Positions 40,021 through 49,753 of a stretch of DNA of 64,000 bases are shown here, one piece after another. The notes under the pieces are model-generated. The model did no database searches. It saw only the letters and a list, made by a program, of their open reading frames with translations, and was not told the DNA's origin. Numbering within the stretch: the stretch's first letter is position 1; the number at the start of each line of letters is the position of its first letter. Origin of the DNA: Squalus acanthias (Eukaryota); contig CM059438.1 in NCBI GenBank assembly GCA_030390025.1, positions 80,104,001 to 80,168,000 on the forward strand, read 5' to 3'. The position numbers and the translations under genes were made by a program.

Positions 40021-41619
40021 ATCTCCTCCGTTCTAATGATATTTTACAACATTGGACAAGTATTTAGCCTCTTGAACAATTAACTCCCTATCTTGCATCA
40101 TGCCCATCTCTGTAATTTTTTATGATACACTACCACCCACTTTTGAAATAGCGTGGATTTTAATAAATATTATTTTGCATGGGAATTGAAAGAAGGCTTT
40201 GATACAGTGGATAAAAAATGTTGCATAGTGGGCTTTAATTTGGAAATTTGTGAAATGGTTAAAGCAGAACAATGTTTCCTAAAGTATTTCGCTGTCTGCA
40301 CAGGATTAGAAGGCATTCAAATTCTGCTGGAAATGAAGGCTCCATGGAGGCTGCAGTTTGACGGTCTAAGGCGTCAAAAATATATATCTCTGAGAGCTAA
40401 AAGATTACAGATAGGAGCCTTTACTGGACATCTTAGACCAAAAGACATAGGGTACGAGAGCTGAAATCCATCACTAAGATTACTAAGATTGATTTTTGAA
40501 GTATTGATAAGTATTTTCTTTTAACGCAAATGTACAGATATTAAATATGGCAATATACACGTAAGACAAATACTTTTTATTCATTGCAGAGGTTTTCTGT
40601 TAACACAGCAGAAAGTTATAACATTATGGCATTTCTATTAACACTTGGTGATATTAAAATAAGAAAACAAATACGTTTCAGCAAAGTGCGTTCAATAACT
40701 AAAGATACAACTCTAAGTTGGGCACAGTGCTTTGCTGCTTCATGGCGCTGTATGGCAGTGATGGAAAGTGGCACCTTTCTAATCTCAGGTATGACATCGG
40801 GAGGAGATATTGAATGGAGACACTACTGCAGGGAGGGGGAAACGTAGAGAAAACGGAACGGCAAGTCATCGTCGGGTGCTCCCTTGTACCAGAGTGACAT
40901 TGGCAAAATCTTGGGAGCGTTTGGTCTGCCCACTCTCTTAGCTGGGGGGCAATGGCGCTGGGAATTTAAAAAAAACCTATTTTTATGAATAGCGCTTTTC
41001 ATTCCCACTGTCTGATATTTATTGTGTCACTGTTACCTGTTTGTCCAGCTTCAAGTTCCTGAAACGCTGGTTACAGCAAAATATTGTTGACTTCTGTGTT
41101 TAAAAAAAGTTCCCGATTTTATCACAATTTATTAGCAATCTTAAATACATTTACGTATTTCTGTGACGTTTCAGTTGTCAGGTCTTCAGTTCAGCTAAAT
41201 TCAATCAGGCAGATTTTCTCTCTGTACTCATTGCAGTCATTCTTTCGAAAGTAATGCTGAAAAATGTCATCAATTTAAGTTTTGACATCTGGAAACTGTA
41301 GCAAGTGGACTTATGCAGTATTATAATTATAATTTAAAGGAACATTTTGATTCATAGGTTATGAATTTTTATTTATGAAATATCATTTGTTTACATTTGC
41401 ACCATTTGTAATAGAATAAAGGGAAAGAACATAAAACCTTGTGTTCTCATTTGTCTCGGTTCCTCGTACACTCGCTGAGTTTTTTTTTACATTTGAGTTG
41501 TAGATTAGTGAAAGCTTTCAACGTCAAAATATCAATCGCCATTTTGGAATCGTCAAAATAGTTAGCAGTTGAACAAGAAATAATTAAAATTGATAGAAAT
41601 ATTGTCAAGTGATGGAGGC

Positions 41620-42158
41620 TTTGTTGTTGTTGTTGTTGTTTTCACATCTTCACACTCCTCCCTTGGAGAATAGCCTGAAGTGGTGGAAGGACTTGCAGGC
41701 TGATTAACAGCCTGACAGGCCGTGATAAGGATGCTCCTTCCATGTCTGTAATTTTATACCAGCCGATGGAGTGGTTAGTCCTATATGGCAGGAGGGTTTT
41801 ATGGGCTCCCACAACCCATATGATGGGGTAGGGGCCACCCAGACCCACCAGACATGTTTCCCACTGGATGTCAGCCCAGCATTCAGAGCCAGAGCTCCGG
41901 TTTCCCCAGGACTGTCTGGAGTGGGGTTTGAACCCAGCACCTTCTGACCAATACTCTCCCCGCCCCCCCCCCACCCCCAAGGTGCGCGGGCTCGTGGCCA
42001 CGCATCAATTGGGTGGTCCCGCACCGGCCGCTCACAAGCTGTTGCCGCTGGAAGATATCGCGCGTGCAAATTTAAAGGGACCGCGCCCGAAAAAAAAATA
42101 TTAGAGGGAACATTGCTTCTGACTCAGAGGCGAAAATGCTACCACTAAACCAAAGGTT
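41620..42158 (-). mobile_element. tRNA-headed SINE with a (CAA)n tail, interrupted by a nested insertion
   Basis: On the - strand: A box TGGTTTAGTGGTAGC (about 42138-42152), B box GGTTCAAACCC (about 41923-41934), a distinct body, and a (CAA)n tail at about 41621-41641. Confidence 0.7.
41949..42115. mobile_element. 167-bp hAT-like MITE with an 8-bp target-site duplication CTTCTGAC
   Basis: CTTCTGAC at 41941-41948 and 42116-42123. Ends CAATACTCTCC and GAGGGAACATTG form an imperfect TIR. Confidence 0.7.
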
Positions 42159-43261
42159 TGCTCCTGTGGAGACTTCGTAATTCATAATAAGTTGAAATTA
42201 AATGTAATCACTTTCAATAGTAGTTCCTATTGCATTTTGAAATGATCTCTTTATCTTCACAGATCTCTGTGACAATATTAAAGGGGAAGCCACCCCATGA
42301 AAAAATGCTTAGCAAACTCTTTTTGTTTTGTTTATAAACAAAACTCACAATTCTGTGATATAAAATCTGTTGAAACACCTGATCTAGTTATGATGAAAAT
42401 GATGCGGGTTTGTTCTGGCTCTTCTCTCCCCCCCAAACAAAAGGTTTGTCCAAGGATATATTGGTGAAGACAGTACTCCTTTAATTGAGGCGATCACATT
42501 CGATGTTACAATAAACAGCTGGGCAGAATGAGAGAGCACACAAATCATGCCATTATTAACTGCGTCTCCCAAATAAAGTAAAACACTTTCATTCTTTAAT
42601 ATTTTTGGACGATTCCACAGAAATACTATACTGGAGTTCCTGAAGATGCATAACTCTGATAATGGGTTTATGGAAACATGGGCTTTTGTAAGCAACTTGT
42701 TGCAACGGGATGTGCAAAAGAAGGCCCTGGCTTTTTATTTTGGGGGGTGGGAGGATATCATTTTTACAGTAATATGGATTTTGTGTTTCCACGGAAGTAG
42801 GGTTTAAAATAAATGTAGAGATCAAAATCACTGCTTCTTGTACTTTTAACATTTTATAAATGATACCTCCTTACTTTATTCTAATGTTGAAGAGGCGAAT
42901 TGTGGCTTGCGTCTTTGATGGAACTTAAAAATAGTCACATTGCAATGTTACAACCACCAAAAAGGCAATAATGATTCCTGTCTGTAATTTAATGGAACAA
43001 TGTTCAGATCAAGCTCCAACTTGCTAGAACTATAAGATCCAGCAGATTGAAACAATATGTATAATTCTTCGAAATAATTTTTAAAATAACAAATGAATGA
43101 ATTTTATTCTTATCTGATCTTTAAGGTGATACGACCACGATGATTAACCTGTCTGATATATTGTAATTTTACTGTTCAAGCACGGTGTTAAATTAACAAA
43201 TCAGCATGACGGATGAGAACATTTGTTATGTCCCTTGAGGTTGAATATCCTACTGACACTC

Positions 43262-43918
43262 AGGGAGAAATTCAACTTATCTTCACTCGTTTCTCGGGCC
43301 TAAGATGGTGGCCGGGCCTGCACATTTTGGATGATGACCTCCTGCACCTGATCTCCCTATTAGGTGTGTAGGGCACTCGCCTGAAATAGGCATTCCGCGC
43401 CTTTGCATATGTAAATCAGGGTCCTAACACCGCTCAAAAGTAGGCGGAGCTCGCGCTGTGCAAGCTCCGCCTAGTTGTACCAGGTCTTAAGTGGCTTAAC
43501 CAGCCATCCTGAAAGGGACCGTTCAGGATCATTCAAGAAATGGCCACAAAACTTTAAAAAAGTTACATTTCTGTGGAGCTAGAAGGATCAGGAGAGCTTC
43601 TCCTGGTTCCACAAAATTCCTGCGGACTGCTGCTAGTCCAGACTCGCCCTCCCTCCAACTTCACTTCGCACCTCTTCCCCACCCCTCCTGGACCTACCCA
43701 CGGGCCAGTCCAGTGTTGGAGCTAGCCAACTTTTGTCAAGCCACAGCCGACAAGCTGCGTGGGGACGAACAATTGGCACCCGCAGCCTGCCAGTTTTATT
43801 CAAATGAGGCCCGCTGACGAATTTGGCTCGGGTCTCAGGCTGGCACAGACTGGCATGTGAAGCAATTGCTTCACCGACTTTCCGCCTGTTTTGGACGCAA
43901 GTCCAATATCTCGCCCTC
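43262..43918. mobile_element. GC-rich non-autonomous DNA transposon (MITE-like) in intron 3
   Basis: Abrupt GC-rich block with imperfect inverted ends GGGAGAAATTCAACTT and AAGTCCAATATCTCGCCC, and an internal perfect 11-bp stem TAGGCGGAGCT/AGCTCCGCCTA (43441-43473). Confidence 0.55.
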
Positions 43919-44360
43919 AATGTCGAGGCTCAGGCATGAAACACATGGGTGAGGTGTTGAAGGGTAGCTTGTGCATTTGGGAACGTACCCAGGCATGAGA
44001 GGAGGGGAGGAAAATTAGACAGCCGCAATCATTGTGATACCTTTTACGCAATTATTTGGTTTTAATTTCATTTAATTTGCAACAAACTCTAAACTCTAAA
44101 TCAGTCCATTCTTTTCATTTCAGAAACATTCTCATTGAATTCTGTTCAGCGTAACGTTTGTTAAATCAGACGTGTGTCCAAAGACAAAGCTAATCACAAA
44201 CCAAATACATTTTTAAGCAAACAGTGGGACTTTAAATGAGTCAATGATACAAAGAACAAAGTTTTTATTAAATCAGCAGTGGAATATATTTTTAGGCAGT
44301 AATCACATTTATTCAAAATTTCTTCTTAAATTTACAGTATATCTTCATAATATTTTGTAG

Positions 44361-44566
44361 CGTTAAGTTGTAATGAAAATGACGGTGACCACATGGACAG
44401 AGAGCAGCAGTATCCTCCCACTCAGAAGACAAAGCGCATGCGCACCTCTTTCAAACACCACCAGCTGAGGACCATGAAGTCTTATTTTGCCATTAACCAC
44501 AATCCTGATGCCAAGGACCTGAAACAGCTAGCACAGAAGACGGGGCTTACAAAGCGAGTTCTGCAG
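44361..44566 (+). CDS. lhx2: Lhx2 coding exon 4 (homeodomain up to the start of helix 3)
   Basis: Acceptor TTTTGTAG| and donor CAG|GTAAGA. Encodes ALSCNENDGDHMDREQQYPPTQKTKRMRTSFKHHQLRTMKSYFAINHNPDAKDLKQLAQKTGLTKRVLQ; 206 nt, ends phase 0. Confidence 0.97.
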
Positions 44567-44769
44567 GTAAGAGACCTCTATTGAGTTACTGTTCAAATTC
44601 TGTTTCTCAGGCAATCTGTCCTTTTTTATTCTCCCAGTTTCACTGGTTTTTAGAATAATAATTACATTTACAGGTATATTTAAACTAACATGACCTCACA
44701 TATGTAACAGTTTTTTGGAGCAAAAACGGTTAATTTGGTTCAACTTCTCAGCATATCTCTCAAACACAT

Positions 44770-44920
44770 CTCTATGCAGAGGTACATTTCATTGTCCTTT
44801 AGATCCATTTTTATTGCCCACTTCAGTGGCTGTCGCATGTTACCTATTCCACAAGTCTATTACCCTTTCAGTGAAAAAGTTCTGCCCGACTTCCCTTCTT
44901 ACTCCTAACTTCTTAATTTG
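44770..44920 (-). mobile_element. Highly decayed CR1 fragment
   Basis: CTATTCCACAAGTCTATTACCCTTTCAGTGAAAAAGTTCTGCC resembles the antisense CR1 motif near 39945-39990. Confidence 0.4.
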
Positions 44921-45059
44921 TTTTCTCTGGTATTCAAATCCTTTGCTAGAAGGAGCAATTATTACTTTTGCACGTAGGAGAGCTCATAAGCTCCTCAAAA
45001 TTATTCTGCAGCAATTCTGTTTGGTTCCTCCTACCATCCTGAAGACTCTGCGAGTGATT

Positions 45060-45400
45060 GCACTGCATGGTGTGGGACTGAGCCAAACAGACTGGGATTC
45101 GCAATCTGTGCTGTTTTCGCAGGGAGGGCAATAGGAGTGCTGCAAGTGGCACTGGTGGCCCCTGCACTAGGGTGTGGAAAAATCAGCCTGAGTTCCCACT
45201 CCTGATTGCTGTGTAGCAACTGCTGTTGGAGTGCATGTTGGGTGAGGAACAGGTGGATTGCAGCTGTGAGGTCCCCTATGGTCAAATAGCCTTCGAAGAC
45301 TCACTGTTTGGGTTCATCCATTAAGAATGGCAATCGTTGCCTGTGGCATCGAACCTCAACAAAAGTTGCTGCTCTTGGTAGATCGGGGATCTGGGTGGAA
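45060..45400 (+). repeat. Old interspersed repeat (SINE-like), copy 2
   Basis: GGAAAAATCAGCCTGAGTTCCCACTCCTG...GCTGTGAGGTCCCC...AAATAGCCT, colinear with the copy near 8010-8115. Confidence 0.55.
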
Positions 45401-45854
45401 AATTGGAGCAGGAAAAAATTCCATTTAACGTAAAAGCTATAACATTTTAAAAGAGCTGTACTATTCAATAATCTTTTCTTAAGTTTCTCACTTGTCTAAT
45501 GTGTATTTTAATTTGATACACTTTTGGGAGCTGCAATAAGTCCATGATTTCAGTGTGGAGGTGGGAGGTGGATGGTTTTAATGCACTACAGAGTGGGGCT
45601 GCTTTTGTGATACAATAATGACTTTGGCCAAACTGCTGGCAAAACCTCCTGGATTCTGGCCTGTAGCTCCCTCTGTGCTGTATAAAATACATGTAAAAGC
45701 ACAGTGCTGGTGTTTGACGTGAAATCTACCATAAAACTGCAGGTCTGTAAATAGGGAAGGTGGGGGGCGGGGGCGGGGGCGGTGAAAGGGTTGTGGGTGG
45801 TGGAGTGGTCAAACCCTGTTTTTTTTTTAGCCATTTGAGGATTCTAGGGGAAAC

Positions 45855-46150
45855 AAAAAAATCAGCCAACCAAATGGACCAGATAGGAAGGTCCCAGATT
45901 CAGTCCTTGCTTTGCGCTGACTTTGCTACTTACCTGGGACAGGGAGCCACTACGACTGACTTCAGCATCCTGGATTAGGGATTGGAATTACCATCCAGGG
46001 TTCCAACTCCTGCTAGCTATCCAAAGTAAAACCCATTTTTTTGGAAAGCCTGCGTATGGACCATGCCTATTGTCAGCAAACTCTTTCCAGTTGATCCTTT
46101 GAGGCACTCAGACTGCTGTCATTCCTGTCTTGGAACACGCCAACCAATGG
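45855..46150 (+). repeat. Old interspersed repeat (SINE-like), probable copy 3
   Basis: CCAGGGTTCCAACTCCTG motif with an upstream GGAAGGTCCCAGATTCAGTCC head-like segment. Confidence 0.4.
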
Positions 46151-46475
46151 TGTAAGTACAGGACAATTAATCGTGCAGGAAAGAGAAGTCAGAGGAGTGT
46201 GCAGGCAGCTTGTGCCACTTCCACTTGACATGGAGACTGGTGAACATCATAATATAGTCGCTTGCAACAAATAACCAATCTTAAATTATTCTCTTTTAAC
46301 TGTGAAATATTAAAAATTCTGTTAGAAGTGGGAAGTGCACAGAATAGAAACTTAGGAGGTAAACATTGGAACCAAATATTAAAGCTTAATCTACACCCAA
46401 ATTGCATAGGGAGATATAGTTGGACTTTATTTGAGGGGGGGGGGGATTCAAAGTATAAATCAATAAAGTGTGCCC

Positions 46476-46558
46476 AAGTCCTGGTCCAATATATTGAAGT
46501 CCTGGTCCAATATATTGAAGTCCTGGTCCAATATATTGATGTATTGGTGCAATATTCG
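46476..46558 (+). repeat. 21-bp tandem repeat (three perfect units plus one degenerate)
   Basis: (AAGTCCTGGTCCAATATATTG)x3 followed by ATGTATTGGTGCAATATTCG. Confidence 0.95.
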
Positions 46559-49005
46559 ACAGCCGTGGCTGTTTGTATTTAGCACCATGTGAGGCAAGCT
46601 ATGTCCCTTTCTCTATTTTTGCAATCGCTTCTGCTATTATTACACTGACCTGGTTACTGGCTGTTGTTCAGCTAATTGTTCTTTCCCATACTGTGTCTAT
46701 CTGTTTAATCAGTGTAAGCCAGTTTTGGTTGTCAGCAGTCTCTCCCTGGGAGCTAGTTTTAAATTGCTGTAGTTTTAACTATCCTCGGAAAAAAGAGCTG
46801 TGCTAAAAAGACGATCTCTGAGAAGTATGTTTTTTCTTATTAGAAGCTAAACCCAGTGCCTATAATAAAGCAAGCCCTCTTTCTTGATCTCTCTTGATTT
46901 AGTCACACTGTAAAAGACCAGAATGTTTAGACATTCCTGATCAATACCAAATAAAACACCTTTGCATTTACATTCTGAAATATAACATGATATTTAATGA
47001 GCTGAAACGATGGGATCCTGCAGCTTTGAATATCAATGTGTTTTTTCTAGGTATGCTCACTTGGTGATCTGTTTCCCCAAAAATGGGAGAGACATGTCCC
47101 TGTGCAGGAATAATGAGTTTACACAGTGATTCTCCCAGTTTTAGGAGAAACAAGCGCCCCACTGTCTAGGCAGGTATAACCCTGTAGGTGACAATGAGGC
47201 AGTGTTATTTAAAGCACCTCATTGGCACCTGATAAGCTGCTGTCACAACTGTAACAATAATGTCAGAGGTCTTTAAACTCATTATAAGTTTACTACCATC
47301 AAACACTGAAGCACTACTTTAATACCAAGCACATCTTCAAGGATTATTTTAATATGCGAAGCCCGACATATACACATTTTTTTTTTCTTGATTTGAAATG
47401 GGTTGCCTGAAAATCACAGAATTTAATATCCTTTATGTGACTTGCATGCTTAGTGTTGTTTTGTATGTGCGTGTGTGTTGTGAAGTTTAAATAGATCCGT
47501 ATCATTATAATTACACAGAGCACTGATCAATTGCTATGAAATGTAAAATGGTACTTACTTAGGGAGTTGCCTGTTAAAGGGGTTGTTCAGTGGTTCTTGT
47601 GCCAATGCGGCAGGATTTATTGTATCCCTGTTCCCTTTTCTGCTTGCAAAGTGCACTGTAGATGGAGCTGATGGACGTCTATTTCCAAAATGCCTCCAGT
47701 TCACCAATATCAGGAGATGCTGTAACATTTAGATTTAATCATTTTTTAATTTGAGACATATTCTTGAAGCAAAAATATTCTGCATCAGCAATTCTCTGGG
47801 GCCCAACTCTTCAAAATTTAATATCAATTTATTAGGCAGTGTGCCATGTACCAAATTAATTTGGCATAAGCCACAAATATATAATTCTTAGATGCTTTCC
47901 ACGCTTAGAGCAAAGTGATATTTTACAGAGTCGGGCTTCTGGTGACTCTGAAGTGCTGTGGTCATTGCACTTATTCAAAGATTGAAAAGGACAACCGGTT
48001 ACACATTTCACTTATGACAGAGACTTGTGAGGCCGTTGTTATCGTTTGTCACTGGATCGCATCGAACAACGTCTGTGGCAAACAGATAACTTTTAAAATA
48101 TCATATGGGATAATAAGTATATTTTATTATTTAGGTGTTCTGGCGAGGGATAAAAAAATTCTCTTTGTGAAGTCCTGTTTCAATAGGAATGGAAGGAGAT
48201 AACGGTACAGGCTGTCATTCTGGAGTTATTCTTCCTTTGGCTTTGATCTAAGTAACACTGTTTAAACAGAAATTAGCCATCAGATCAGTAGAAACTAAAT
48301 AGAAAATAAAATTAAATCAGATGGAAGCTTCGCGATACACTTATCATTGCTAAGGTTCGAGTGGTAAATAAAGTGGTCAGTAATAACACGGAAGAGTTAG
48401 ATACTGTAAGTTTGTAGAAAGTTGATCCCCATAGCTGTGAGACTGAAATCTTAGAGAAGGCTGAGGCAATGCAGGTCATTTTAATTAAATTTTGTAGCAC
48501 TTTGATTTATTACTTGGGTAACCAGCTTAAAGAGACACCGCTTCCTGAAGTAAATGTGTCACAGTAGTAGCTCGTGTTGCTTATGTTTTTTTTCCTTTTG
48601 GTAAAAAAAATGTTTGAATTTTCTTGGCACGCTTTGCAATCACTGAGTGACCCCTGTAATTGTTCAATTCCTTTAAACAGTTTTCTGTAGAAAAAAAACC
48701 CTCCTCTTCACAGAATCTAGAATTTTGTTGTTCTCCTTTACAAAATCGAATGAATGCATTTTGAGAATGTCCCTTAATTTGTTCTCCTTGTAAAAAAAAA
48801 TACAAGAAACTAATCAGAAGCATAATAAAAAAAAAGGGTGACAGTATTTCAAAATTTGAACATAGCTGATTAGAATCTTCAGAAGGATAGTATCTATATG
48901 ATATGTGACAGGTACAATATATTTTCTGTTGCGATCGTTTTACTTACTTTAAACTCTCTATATGGGTTCAAAACTGGTACAATATTACATCAAATTGGTT
49001 TGCAG

Positions 49006-49296
49006 GTTTGGTTCCAAAATGCAAGAGCAAAATTCAGGAGGAATCTTTTACGGCAGGAAAATGCAGGGGTTGATAAAGCATCTGATGGCACAGCACTTCA
49101 AGCAGCAACACCGTCTGGCCCAGCATCAGAAATTTCCAACGCCTCTCTTAGTCCTTCAAGCACTTCTACTACTTTAACTGACTTGACTAACCCTACTATG
49201 CCAACCGTGACGTCAGTTTTGACGTCTGTGCCTGGTAGCCTCGAGGCCCACGAATCCCGAAGCCCTACACAAACTACTCTCACAAACCTTTTCTGA
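49006..49296 (+). CDS. lhx2: Lhx2 coding exon 5 (recognition helix and C-terminus)
   Basis: Acceptor TTGGTTTGCAG|. Encodes VWFQNARAKFRRNLLRQEN...TPSGPASEISNASLSPSST...QTTLTNLF*, with TGA at 49294-49296. The C-terminal region matches Lhx2. Confidence 0.97.
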   Translation, partial: VWFQNARAKFRRNLLRQENAGVDKASDGTALQAATPSGPASEISNASLSPSSTSTTLTDLTNPTMPTVTSVLTSVPGSLEAHESRSPTQTTLTNLF

Positions 49297-49547
49297 GAAC
49301 TCTTTTACATGATTCCTATGGAGAAGAGGAAATTCTTAGTTTAATTATAACTGTATTTTTATTAGATGCTTTGTACAACTGACTAACAGCACTATGGATC
49401 TGTACTGAAAACTGAGGCAAGTCAATGTTCTGGAAAAAAAAAGTTTACAAGCTGCGGAGAACCTTTGCAGAGTTAACTTCGATGCCCTTTTGTGTAACTG
49501 TACAGTTTTGTGGACTGAACAAGGGAATGAAATCAAAAATCTGAACC

Positions 49548-49557
49548 ATTAAATAAA
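49548..49557 (+). terminator. Proximal polyadenylation signal candidate (overlapping ATTAAA and AATAAA)
   Basis: ATTAAATAAA about 250 nt downstream of the stop codon. Confidence 0.45.
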
Positions 49558-49603
49558 GTTGGCTAGGAATTATGTGTACTTCTAAGTTTTCAAAGACTGT
49601 CAT

Positions 49604-49611
49604 GTGCCTTA
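49604..49611 (+). promoter_or_regulatory. miR-124 8-mer seed site (GTGCCTTA) in the lhx2 3' UTR
   Basis: Exact 8-mer match about 310 nt after the stop codon; mouse Lhx2 is a known miR-124 target. Confidence 0.7.
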
Positions 49612-49747
49612 TACACTGTCTTATAAACACACAACGGACTGCATCTGCATTCAATTCAGATTTATGAGGTTGATTCTTGCCAGTTGTCTTTCTGCTACAT
49701 TGAAAGTTCAGAAACCTTTTAGAATGTCATAGTAAAAGGTCAGTTTC

Positions 49748-49753
49748 AATAAA
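49748..49753 (+). terminator. Distal polyadenylation signal candidate (AATAAA)
   Basis: Canonical hexamer about 450 nt downstream of the stop codon. Confidence 0.55.

Noticed and set aside
46476-46558. CRISPR-like array or VLVQYIE repeat protein
   Set aside because: Head-to-tail repeat with no spacers, in a vertebrate intron.
48581-48823. - strand 80-aa ORF containing GEQIKGH as a real protein or exon
   Set aside because: It is on the wrong strand for lhx2 and has no other homology; better explained as the inverted complement of the alpha-like exon.
48898-49005. Open frame upstream of exon 5 as extra coding sequence
   Set aside because: No homology, and the acceptor at 49005 gives the conserved LQ|VWFQN junction.
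27935-49296. Calling the gene lhx9
   Set aside because: Despite the Lhx9-like N-terminus, diagnostic segments (TMPSISS, WHMRC, RDLVYHLN, SPGPGADLAAYNAALSC, TPSGPASEISNASLSPSS) match Lhx2.
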